Shown here piece after piece: positions 8,134-17,272 of a stretch of DNA of 64,000 nucleotides. The stretch is taken from contig CAVWLA010000003.1 in NCBI GenBank assembly GCA_963755825.1, forward strand, positions 1,748,240 through 1,812,239, in the 5' to 3' direction. A program made the translations under genes and the position numbers. The stretch comes from an uncultured Acidobacteriota bacterium (GTDB lineage: Bacteria; Acidobacteriota; Thermoanaerobaculia; Multivoradales; UBA5704). The number at the start of each line of letters is the position of its first letter. The stretch's first letter is position 1. The notes beneath the pieces were generated by a model. That model did no database searches and was not told the DNA's origin. It saw nothing but the letters and a program-made list of their open reading frames with translations.

Positions 8134-9681
8134 TCAGACCTCGAGGACGTCGAAGCGCTCGTGGTGCAGCTCGGGGTCGCTCTGCAGGAGGATGGTCACC
8201 CCCAGCGAGCGCTCGAGCTCTTCGAGGATGGCGCGCTCCTCCTGCTGCAGGGCGCGCGACACCTCGGGGTGGACGCGCAGCAGGAGCTCGCCCGGCACGG
8301 CGCGGCCGCGCAGGCGGAGCAGCTCCTTCCTGAGGTTCAGGCAGATGGTGGTGATCGCCTGGATGCGGCCGCGGCCGCTGCAGTAGGGGCAGGGCTGGGT
8401 GAGCAGCCGCTCGAGGTTGGCGCGGCTGCGCTTCCTGGTGACTTCGACGAGGCCGAACTCCGAGATGTTCAGCATCTTGGTCTTCGCCCGGTCCTTGCGG
8501 ATCTCGGCCTCGAGCTTGGCGAAGACCTCCTCGCGGTGCGCCGGCTCGATCATGTCGATGAGGTCGATGACGATGATGCCGCCGAGGTCGCGCAGGCGGA
8601 TCTGGCGGACGACCTCGGAGACCGCCTCGAGGTTGGTCTGCAGCACGGTGTCCTCGAGGTTGCTCTGGCCGACGAAGCGGCCGGTGTTGACGTCGATCGC
8701 CACCAGCGCCTCGGTGGGGTTGATGACGATGTAGCCGCCGGACTTCAGCCAGACCTTGCTCTTCAACGCCGCCTCGATCTGGTCCTCGATGCCGAACTGC
8801 TCGAAGAGGGTGGCGTTCTGGCGGAACAGCCGCACCTTGCTGACCAGGTTCGGCTGCACCTGGTCGAGGAACTCGACGATCCGCTCGTAGGTCTCCTCGC
8901 CGTCGACCCAGAGGACGCTGAAGTCCTGCGACAGGAGGTCGCGGACGACGCGCAGAGCGAGGTCGAGGTCTTGGTGGAGGAGGGTCGGCGCCGAGACCTT
9001 GCTGGCGCGCTGGCGGACCTTGTCCCACAGCCGGGTGAGGTAGGCGAGGTCGGTCTCGAAGGCGTCGCGCTCCTTGCCCTCGCCGACGGTGCGGACGATG
9101 AGGCCGCCGGCGACCGGCAGCTGGGTGAGGACGGCGAGGAGGCGCTCGCGCTCGGCCTCCTCCTCGATGCGGCGGGAAACCCCGAAGTGGCGGACGGTGG
9201 GGAGGAGGACCAGGTAGCGGCCGGGGAGGGTGACGTGGGTGGAGATCCGCGCCCCCTTGTTGGGCAGCGGGTCCTTGACCACCTGGACGATGATCTCCTG
9301 GCCCTGCTTGAGGAGGTCGCCGATCTGCGGCGCCGGCCCGTGCGCCGGGTGCGCCGACGATCCAGAGCCCCCGGAGCCCCCCGCGCCGCCCGGCTCGTCG
9401 TGGCCGGCGCCGTTTCTCGCCTCCTCGATCTCCAGCTCCTCCATCGCCTCGACGTCGCCCGCCACGTCGCTGACGTAGAGGAAGGCGTCGCGGTCGAGGC
9501 CGATGTCGACGAAGGCCGCCTGCATGCCGGGGAGGACGCGCGTCACCCGCCCCTTGTAGACGTTGCCGACGACGCCGCGGTGGCGGTGCCGCTCGACGAA
9601 GATCTCGGTGAGGCGGTCGTCCTCCAGCACCCCGATGCGGGTCTGGTGCGGGTCGCTCTCGAGGAGCATCTTGAGCGTCAT
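8134..9681 (-). CDS. rng: ribonuclease G/E family (Rne/Rng)
   Basis: ATG at 9681 is in frame with track ORF 8134..10266. S1 domain GNVYKGRVTRVLPGMQAAFVDIG. Catalytic-core motifs IVIDLIDM and SEFGLVEVTRKR. Lies downstream of rodA, as in many mre/mrd clusters. Confidence 0.9.
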   Translation of the reverse strand: MTLKMLLESDPHQTRIGVLEDDRLTEIFVERHRHRGVVGNVYKGRVTRVLPGMQAAFVDIGLDRDAFLYVSDVAGDVEAMEELEIEEARNGAGHDEPGGAGGSGGSGSSAHPAHGPAPQIGDLLKQGQEIIVQVVKDPLPNKGARISTHVTLPGRYLVLLPTVRHFGVSRRIEEEAERERLLAVLTQLPVAGGLIVRTVGEGKERDAFETDLAYLTRLWDKVRQRASKVSAPTLLHQDLDLALRVVRDLLSQDFSVLWVDGEETYERIVEFLDQVQPNLVSKVRLFRQNATLFEQFGIEDQIEAALKSKVWLKSGGYIVINPTEALVAIDVNTGRFVGQSNLEDTVLQTNLEAVSEVVRQIRLRDLGGIIVIDLIDMIEPAHREEVFAKLEAEIRKDRAKTKMLNISEFGLVEVTRKRSRANLERLLTQPCPYCSGRGRIQAITTICLNLRKELLRLRGRAVPGELLLRVHPEVSRALQQEERAILEELERSLGVTILLQSDPELHHERFDVLEV

Positions 9682-9755
9682 GGCAGGGTCGGTTCGCGGG
9701 CTCGGACCGTCGAGTAGATCAGAAGGGCGCCCGCCGCCGCCAGCCGGGGGCTCGC

Positions 9756-10895
9756 TCACCGATTGACGTAGCGGCGCAGGTCGACCCCCAGGATGAGCCC
9801 GGTGGCGACGAAATTGAACAGCACGAAGGTGCCGCCGTAGGAGAGGAAGGGGATGGGGATGCCGGTGATGGGGACGAAGCCCACCACCATGGCGCTGTTG
9901 TAGAGCACGTGGAAGCAGAAGACGGAGAGCAGCCCGACGACGAGCAGGATGCCGGCGCGGTCGCGGGCGCGCATGGCGATGCGGGCGCCGCTGATGATGA
10001 AGAGGATGTAGCAGCCGATCACCGTCGCCACCCCCAGGAAGCCCCACTCCTCGGCGAGCACCGCCATGATGAAGTCGGTGTGCCGCGCCGGCAGGAAGCG
10101 GAGCTGGCTCTGCGTCCCCTGCATGTAGCCCTTGCCCATGAGCTCGCCCGAGCCCACCGCGATCTTGCTCTGCCGCACCTGGTAGCCGGCGCCCAGGGGA
10201 TCGTTCTCCGGCTGCAGGAAGGTGATCACCCGCTGCCGCTGGTACCCCTTCATGCCGAAGCTCCACAGGCCGGCGCCGCCGATGATGACGAGGAGCGTGG
10301 CGATGAGGAGGAGCCGCCAGCGCACCCCGGCGACGAGCAGCATGCCGACCAGGAGCGGCACGAACATCGCGGCGCCGCCCATGTCTGGCTCGACGACGAT
10401 CAAGAGCATGGGAAGGCCGACCAGGCCGACGGCGGCGGCGATCTGCGGCAGGTCGAGGACGCGGCGGTTGAGGCCGGCCAGGAAGCGGGCGAGGAAGAGC
10501 GCCGTCGCCAGCTTGGCGAACTCCGAGGGCTGGAACTGCCAGGGGCCGACCTGGATCCAGCAGGTGGCGCCGCCGCGCTTGACGCCGATGAAGAAGACGG
10601 CGACCAGCGACAGCAGGCCGAGGCCGTAGAGCACCAGCGAGAAGTCGAGGAGAACGTGGTAGTCGACCGCCATCGCCATGACGAGGAGGATCAGCCCGAG
10701 GCCGATCCAGGCCGCCTGGCGCGGCAGGTAGTCGGTCGTCATCTCGGCGCTCGCGCTGTGCACCGTGGCGAGGCCGATGAGGGCGAGGCAGAGGGCGGCG
10801 AGCACGAGGCCGCCGTCGATCGAGGAGAGCGCCCGCAGGCGCGGCTTCTCCTCAGGAAGCGAGGGGATGGCGATCGACCGCGAGAAGCTTTTCAT
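9756..10895 (-). CDS. rodA: rod shape-determining protein RodA (SEDS family peptidoglycan polymerase)
   Basis: 379 aa with about 10 TM segments. FtsW/RodA/SpoVE signatures (HTDFIMAVLAEEWGF, PITGIPIPFLSYGGT). Overlaps the mrdA 3' end. Confidence 0.9.
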   Translation of the reverse strand: MKSFSRSIAIPSLPEEKPRLRALSSIDGGLVLAALCLALIGLATVHSASAEMTTDYLPRQAAWIGLGLILLVMAMAVDYHVLLDFSLVLYGLGLLSLVAVFFIGVKRGGATCWIQVGPWQFQPSEFAKLATALFLARFLAGLNRRVLDLPQIAAAVGLVGLPMLLIVVEPDMGGAAMFVPLLVGMLLVAGVRWRLLLIATLLVIIGGAGLWSFGMKGYQRQRVITFLQPENDPLGAGYQVRQSKIAVGSGELMGKGYMQGTQSQLRFLPARHTDFIMAVLAEEWGFLGVATVIGCYILFIISGARIAMRARDRAGILLVVGLLSVFCFHVLYNSAMVVGFVPITGIPIPFLSYGGTFVLFNFVATGLILGVDLRRYVNR

Positions 10896-12672
10896 ACAGC
10901 GCCTTCGCTATCGGAGTCGCCCCGTGCGAGCCGCCGCCGTGCTCGGCGAAGACGACGAGCACGATCTTGGGATCGTTGGCGGGGGCGAACGAGGTGAACC
11001 AGCCGTGGTCGCGGTACTGGAAGGGTAGGTTCTTGGCGTCGGTGCGCACCTTCTGCGCCACCACCTGCACCGAGCCGGTCTTGCCGGCGATGTCGGCGCC
11101 GTCGAGGTGGACGCTCGAGTAGGCGGTGCCGCCCTGGTCGTTGACCACCGCCCAGAGGCCCTGGCGGACGACGTCGAGAGCATGGGTGAAGCGCTGGCGG
11201 AACTCGGGGTCGTCGGGGCCGACCGGCCGCGGCGGCGCATAGGCCGCGCCGCGCACCAGGTGGGGGGTGACGCGCTTGCCGCCATTGGCGACGACCGCCG
11301 TCATCACCGCCATCTGCAGCGGCGTCAGCAGCACCGGGCCCTGGCCGATGGCGACCGAGATCGTCTCGCCGGGGTACCAGGGCATCTTCCGCGTCGCCAT
11401 GCTCCACGCCTGGTCGGGCACCACGCCGCGCTTCTCGCCCTCGATGTCGACGCCGGTCGGCGAGCCGAGGCCGAAGAGCCGCGCGTAGCGGGCGATGCGC
11501 TCGATCCCCAGCTTCTGGCCGAGGTGGTAGAAGAAGACGTCGCAGGAGTGCTCGATGGCGTCGTGGACGTCGACCGAGCCGTGCCCCTCCTTGCGCCAGC
11601 AGCGGAAGGGGTGGTTGTAGATCACCGTCGAGCCCGGGCAGAAGACGCGGTCGTGCTCGCCGATCACCCCCTCGGCGAGCCCCGCCGTCGCCATCACCAT
11701 CTTGAAGGTCGAGCCCGGCGAGTAGGTGTTCTGCAGAGCGCGGTCCTGCAGCGGGTTGTAGGGCCCCTCGATGAGCGCCTTCCAGTCGTCCGCCTGCAAG
11801 CGGCGCGAGAAGAGGTTGGAGTTGAAGGACGGCGAGGAGACGAGGGCGAGGATCTCGCCGTTCCGGGGGTCCATGGCCACGATGGCGCCGATCTTCTCGG
11901 GGCCGTCCAGCCAGTGCGCCGCCTCCTCCTGGAGGTCGAGATCGAGGGTGAGGGTCAGGTTGGTGCCCGGCACCGCCGGCTGCTTGCCGTACTCCTCGAG
12001 CAGCCGGCCGCGGCTGTCGACGACCACCACCCGCTCGCCGTCGCGGCCACGGAGCTCGGCGTCGTAGCGCTTCTCGAGCCCCTTCTTCCCCACCAGGTCG
12101 CCGCCGGTCAGGCGGCCGCCGGCGCTCTCCAGCTCGTCGAGCGACGCCTCGCCGAGGTAGCCCAGGATGTGGGCGGTCTGCGCCCCGTGGCGGTAGAGGC
12201 GGAAGTTCTGCACCTCGACCTCGAACTCCGGATACTCCAGGTTGGAGACGCCGATGCGCGCCACCTGGGCGAGCGAGAGGTTCTCCCCCACCAGCACCGG
12301 CTTGAAGTTCTGCACCCCGCGGTAGCGGTCCATGAGCGCTGCCATCTCCTCGCGCGGCCGGCCGAGGATCTCGGCGGCGAAGGTCAGGGCGCGCTTCAAG
12401 TCGGCGCTCCGGCTGCGGTCGATCATCAGGTTGTAGCTGGGGATGTTCTCGACCAGGATGCGGCCGTTGCGGTCGACCATCAGGCCGCGCGGGGCCTGGA
12501 TGGGGAGCTTCCTCAGGCGGTTGTTGTCGGCGAGCTCGCGGTAGTAGTCGCCCTGGACGATCTGCACGAACCAGAAGCCGGCGGCGATCACCACCAGCAG
12601 GCCGGCGACGGTGTAGGTGAGCAGGCGCACCCGCTGCACCAGGTCGTCGCGATATTCGCGGACGACTTTCAT
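10852..12672 (-). CDS. mrdA: penicillin-binding protein 2 (elongasome transpeptidase)
   Basis: 606 aa. N-terminal TM. PBP dimerisation domain. Transpeptidase motifs STFK (PGSTFKM), SCD (EHSCDVFF in the SxN position) and KTGS (AGKTGSVQ). Confidence 0.9.
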   Translation of the reverse strand: MKVVREYRDDLVQRVRLLTYTVAGLLVVIAAGFWFVQIVQGDYYRELADNNRLRKLPIQAPRGLMVDRNGRILVENIPSYNLMIDRSRSADLKRALTFAAEILGRPREEMAALMDRYRGVQNFKPVLVGENLSLAQVARIGVSNLEYPEFEVEVQNFRLYRHGAQTAHILGYLGEASLDELESAGGRLTGGDLVGKKGLEKRYDAELRGRDGERVVVVDSRGRLLEEYGKQPAVPGTNLTLTLDLDLQEEAAHWLDGPEKIGAIVAMDPRNGEILALVSSPSFNSNLFSRRLQADDWKALIEGPYNPLQDRALQNTYSPGSTFKMVMATAGLAEGVIGEHDRVFCPGSTVIYNHPFRCWRKEGHGSVDVHDAIEHSCDVFFYHLGQKLGIERIARYARLFGLGSPTGVDIEGEKRGVVPDQAWSMATRKMPWYPGETISVAIGQGPVLLTPLQMAVMTAVVANGGKRVTPHLVRGAAYAPPRPVGPDDPEFRQRFTHALDVVRQGLWAVVNDQGGTAYSSVHLDGADIAGKTGSVQVVAQKVRTDAKNLPFQYRDHGWFTSFAPANDPKIVLVVFAEHGGGSHGATPIAKALYEKLLAVDRHPLAS

Positions 12673-12726
12673 GGGCTCGGCAGCGGGCGGCGGCGAGTTG
12701 CTGCGGTGAGTCGATGCATCGTTCTG

Positions 12727-13245
12727 CTATCCCATCCGCAGCTTGCTCATGCGGCCGCGGCGGCGCACCTCGTAGGCGTGCCGGAAGCGCTCGGTGGCGG
12801 CGTAGACCAGCATGGCGAGGGCGCCGCTCACCACCGCCTTGATCCCCACCCACGGCAGATGGGGGAACGACGGCCCCGGAAAGAGCATCCAGGCGAGGCC
12901 GATGACGATCGCCTGCTGCGCGAGGGACGCCATCCCCGCCACCGCGAAGACGCCGGTCGCCCGCTGGATGACGAGGCGCTGGGCGAGCCGCGCCGTGCCG
13001 TAGCCGATGATGGTATCAGCGATGCCGTAGAGACCGTAGAGGCCGCCGGTCAGGGTGTCCTCGATGAGGCCGACGGCGAGGCCGGCCAAGAGCGCGCTGA
13101 AGGAATCGCCGGAGAGGCCGTAGAGCACCACTACGACGAGGAAGACGTCGACAGCGCGCGGGAAGTCGGGGAGCAGCCGGGCGCCCACGAAGTGGACGAT
13201 GACGGCGAGCGCCAGGCCGAGGGCGAACCTAACGGGCGCGGGCAC
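12727..13245 (-). CDS. mreD: rod shape-determining protein MreD
   Basis: 172-aa polytopic membrane protein in the canonical position between mreC and mrdA. Overlaps the mreC stop. Confidence 0.8.
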   Translation of the reverse strand: MPAPVRFALGLALAVIVHFVGARLLPDFPRAVDVFLVVVVLYGLSGDSFSALLAGLAVGLIEDTLTGGLYGLYGIADTIIGYGTARLAQRLVIQRATGVFAVAGMASLAQQAIVIGLAWMLFPGPSFPHLPWVGIKAVVSGALAMLVYAATERFRHAYEVRRRGRMSKLRMG

Positions 13246-14083
13246 CGGGGATCGCTTTCTGCACCTCGCCGGGGACCGGCAGATGATCGAGCAGGTAGAC
13301 CTGGTCGAGGGTGCCGAAGTCGACAGTGGGGACGAGGCGGATGCGGTGGAAGAGCTGGCCGCCGGGCTCGACCGAGGCGACGGTGCCGACCGGGATGCCG
13401 CGCGGGTAGACGCCGTCGATGCCGGCGGTGACGATGCGGTCGCCGGCGCGGATCTCGGCCTGCAGGGGGACGTAGTCGAAGTCGAGGCCGTCCGAGGGGT
13501 CGCCGCCGCCGCGCACGACGCCCTGGCGACGGTTGCGGAGGTCCATGCCGCCGACCGCCGCGGCGCGGTCGGTGATGAGCTGCACCTTGGCGTAGGGCCC
13601 GGCGACCAGCACCACCCGCCCGACCAGGCCGCCGGGGGCGAGCACCGGCTGGTTGATCCGCGCCGGTGCCTTCCCCGAATAGAGCACCAGGGTTCGCAGC
13701 CAGGAGGCGTGGTCGACGTAGACGACGTCGGCGGCGCGGATGTCGCCCATCGGCGAGGCGGCGTACTGCACCGCCTCGCCGAGGCGGGCGAGCTCGCCGC
13801 CGAGGTCCTCGAAGCGCAGCACCTCGAGCTTCAGGCCGAGCACCTCGCGATGGAGGGCGCGGTTCTCGCGGATCAGGCTGTCGCGGAGAGAGAGGTCCTC
13901 GCGGGTGACGGTGAAGGTTTCGCCGGCCGCCGCGACGCCGCGCGCCACCGGCCCGAGGAGGCGGAGGACGAGGGAGCCGATGAGGGTGCCGGAGCCGGCG
14001 GCGCCGGGCACCCGGATGGTCAGCACCACCAGCTGCGTGGCGAGGACCAGGATCAGAACCCAGGCGGTGCGGCGCTCATCCAC
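13229..14083 (-). CDS. mreC: rod shape-determining protein MreC
   Basis: 284 aa. N-terminal TM, coiled-coil region, then an MreC beta-domain (GDRIVTAGIDGVYPRGIPVGTV). Lies directly downstream of mreB. Confidence 0.85.
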   Translation of the reverse strand: MDERRTAWVLILVLATQLVVLTIRVPGAAGSGTLIGSLVLRLLGPVARGVAAAGETFTVTREDLSLRDSLIRENRALHREVLGLKLEVLRFEDLGGELARLGEAVQYAASPMGDIRAADVVYVDHASWLRTLVLYSGKAPARINQPVLAPGGLVGRVVLVAGPYAKVQLITDRAAAVGGMDLRNRRQGVVRGGGDPSDGLDFDYVPLQAEIRAGDRIVTAGIDGVYPRGIPVGTVASVEPGGQLFHRIRLVPTVDFGTLDQVYLLDHLPVPGEVQKAIPGARAR

Positions 14084-14102
14084 GGTTCGGCCCGCATCGC
14101 AC

Positions 14103-15146
<1,044 letters not shown>

Positions 15147-15248
15147 CTACGAGCTCCGCGGCGGGGGCGGAGTGCGGCCGGTGGCGCGCAGGTTGGGGGT
15201 CGATCGGCCGACGTCCATCGCGTGAGGGTGTCCGCCCGCTCGAGCTTG

Positions 15249-16862
15249 TTAAGGGTTTTCGACGAAGACGCGGCGGCGGCGGACCGTCTGGTTGCCCCAG
15301 CCGTCGCGCACCTGGATATCGATGAAGCTCCAGCCTTCCTTGGTGAACTGCACGGTCTTCTGAAAGGTTCCGTCCGCGTTGACCTTCACCGCTTCTCCGT
15401 TGACCTCGATCCGAACGCCCGGATCGCTCTTGCCGCGGACAATATAGATACTACCGTAGGATTTGACGTCTTCGAGGTCAAGCGGCGGCGGATTGGCGTT
15501 CTTGTCGCCGGCGCCGGCGTGCCGCGAGGCGACGTGGAACCGCCGCGGCAGGCTCCATGGCCCCGGCGAGCCCTCCTTGCCCATCACCGCCACCCGCCAC
15601 TGGAAGGTCCCCTCGCCGCGGATGCCGAGCGTCGCCCGTGTCTTGGTGCGGTTCGAGACGTCGACGATGTTGTCGACGAAGAGCCGGTTGCGCGACACCT
15701 CGAGGGCGTAGCGGGCGACCCCCGGCACCGGCTTCCAGGCGAGCACCAGCCGCTGCACGCGGCTGGCGTCGACCTCCAGGTTGTCGGCGGGCTCGAGCGG
15801 CAGCGGCCGGTCGGGCACCGCCTGCGGCGCCGAGAGCAGGTCGCCGGTCTGCACCACCTGCTGGAACTTCTCGACCGTCCGCTTCATGCCGCCCTTCGAC
15901 TCGACATCCATGCCGCCGCGCAGAGCGCCGAAGCGGCCGCGGTTGGTGCTCTTGTCGAAGACGACGAAGCCCTCGGAGTCGTGCTGCACGCGCGCCTCGG
16001 CGCCGGGCGTCTTGACGTTCTTCGGGTGGGTGGTGGTCGAGAGGTCGACCCAGCCGTAGTCCATCTCGATCGACTGGCCGCCCCCTTCGCTGCCGGAGGC
16101 GGCGGCGGAGACGATGAACTGGGTGTTGGGGCGGACGGTGTAGAGGGAGCGGTCGGCGAACATGATCTCCGCCGAGCCGTTGGCGGAGGTCCGCACGTAG
16201 TCGCCGGGGTGGAGGGCGACGCGGCTCTTCGCCTCCTCCCAGTCGCCGCCCTCCCGCCGGCGGTACTCGACGCCACCCTGGATGGTGATGAAGCTGACCT
16301 CGGCGTCCGCCGCCGGCTCGTCGCGGGCGCCGAGGAGGGAGAGGAGGACGTTCTTGCTGCGCTGGGCGCTGGCGAGGGCCCGGCGGTAGTCGGCGCGGCG
16401 ATATTCGATGCGCGCCTCGCCGAGGCTCTGGAGGGCGGCGTCGTAGTCGCTCTTCGAGCTCCCCGCGGCCTGGCCCCCCGGCACCTGGGCGATCAGCCGG
16501 ACGGTGTCGGCGATCGCCGACGCCGCGTCGTGCTCGAGGGTGCGCTGCTCCCAGAACCGGTAGCCGAGATAGCCGCCGCCGACGACGGCGAGGGCGAAGA
16601 GGAGGAGCCCCCAGCCGCGCAGGGTGTCGACGGAGATGCTGTACCAGTCCTTACGCGGGCTTTTTGCCTTCGCGGAGGGCAAACTCGAGCTCCCCTTGGC
16701 CTGCGGCGATGTGAGCGATGCGCGGCGGCGAATATTAGCACGCAAGTGTCGATGGCGGCTGCGATTTCTCGCCTCGGCACGGGGCGACGGAGGGGCCGGG
16801 GAGGCCGCCGGAGCGCAGCGGACGCCGCCCGCGGCTTGACGGAGCGGTGCGGTTTCCGGCAA
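15249..16862 (-). CDS. FecR domain-containing membrane protein with C-terminal Ig/Fn3-like domains
   Basis: TM segment [19 protein letters not shown]. FecR-like block [45 protein letters not shown]. The start is uncertain: the longest ORF reaches to just upstream of rpsU, and an internal GTG/TTG start is possible. Confidence 0.6.
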   Translation of the reverse strand: MPETAPLRQAAGGVRCAPAASPAPPSPRAEARNRSRHRHLRANIRRRASLTSPQAKGSSSLPSAKAKSPRKDWYSISVDTLRGWGLLLFALAVVGGGYLGYRFWEQRTLEHDAASAIADTVRLIAQVPGGQAAGSSKSDYDAALQSLGEARIEYRRADYRRALASAQRSKNVLLSLLGARDEPAADAEVSFITIQGGVEYRRREGGDWEEAKSRVALHPGDYVRTSANGSAEIMFADRSLYTVRPNTQFIVSAAASGSEGGGQSIEMDYGWVDLSTTTHPKNVKTPGAEARVQHDSEGFVVFDKSTNRGRFGALRGGMDVESKGGMKRTVEKFQQVVQTGDLLSAPQAVPDRPLPLEPADNLEVDASRVQRLVLAWKPVPGVARYALEVSRNRLFVDNIVDVSNRTKTRATLGIRGEGTFQWRVAVMGKEGSPGPWSLPRRFHVASRHAGAGDKNANPPPLDLEDVKSYGSIYIVRGKSDPGVRIEVNGEAVKVNADGTFQKTVQFTKEGWSFIDIQVRDGWGNQTVRRRRVFVENP

Positions 16863-16951
16863 ACTCGCCGGCCGGGAGCGGCTCGCCCAAGGGCGGAGCT
16901 GCCTTCCCGCGTCCGCAAGGACAATCCGAGAAGAGAAAAGAGGTGAGCCTG

Positions 16952-17158
16952 ATGCCGGTAGTGCATGTGCGCGAGGAAGAGAGCTTCGAGAACGCCCTGC
17001 GCCGTTTCAAGCGCAAGGTGGAGAAGTCGGGGATCCTGACCGAGCTGCGCAAGCGACAGCATTTCGAGAAGCCTTCCGTCAAGCGCAAGCGCAAGGCCGT
17101 GCAGGCGCGCAAGAAGATGCTGCGCAAGCTGGTCGAAGAGCGGCGCCAGGGCCTCTAG
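16952..17158 (+). CDS. rpsU: 30S ribosomal protein S21
   Basis: The internal ATG is in frame with track ORF 16847..17158. [42 protein letters not shown] is canonical S21. An AGAGGTGAG ribosome-binding site lies upstream. Confidence 0.95.
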   Translation: MPVVHVREEESFENALRRFKRKVEKSGILTELRKRQHFEKPSVKRKRKAVQARKKMLRKLVEERRQGL

Positions 17159-17202
17159 ACGAGCGGCCGAAAGGCCCCTCGGACCAGAGCCTGCAGTCCC
17201 CA

Positions 17203-17235
17203 GGAGCGAGGCCGCAGCCTCGCTCCTTTTTCTTT
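17203..17235 (+). terminator. rho-independent terminator/attenuator after rpsU (copy 1)
   Basis: 10-bp stem GGAGCGAGGC / GCCTCGCTCC with CGCA loop, followed by TTTTTCTTT. Confidence 0.8.
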
Positions 17236-17238
17236 GTC

Positions 17239-17267
17239 CGAGGCCGCAGCCTCGCTCCTTTTTCTTT
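17239..17267 (+). terminator. second, tandemly duplicated terminator-like hairpin (copy 2)
   Basis: An exact 29-nt duplicate of 17207-17235 (CGAGGCCGCAGCCTCGCTCCTTTTTCTTT), offset by 32 nt. Here the stem is only 6 bp (CGAGGC/GCCTCG), plus the T tract. Confidence 0.6.
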
Positions 17268-17272
17268 CTCCG

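Noticed and set aside
5227-9717. 1496-aa plus-strand ORF, and similar very long ORFs (74..1465, 97..1584, 16493..19999, 57810..61085, 51967..53994, 41909..43465 and others).
   Set aside because: They are extremely rich in Arg, Gly, Pro, Ala, Asp and Glu. They run antisense or off-frame to genes with clear family signatures (rng, the kinase fusion, mutS2, sucA, purK, gdh). This is the typical lack of stop codons in GC-rich DNA, not coding sequence.
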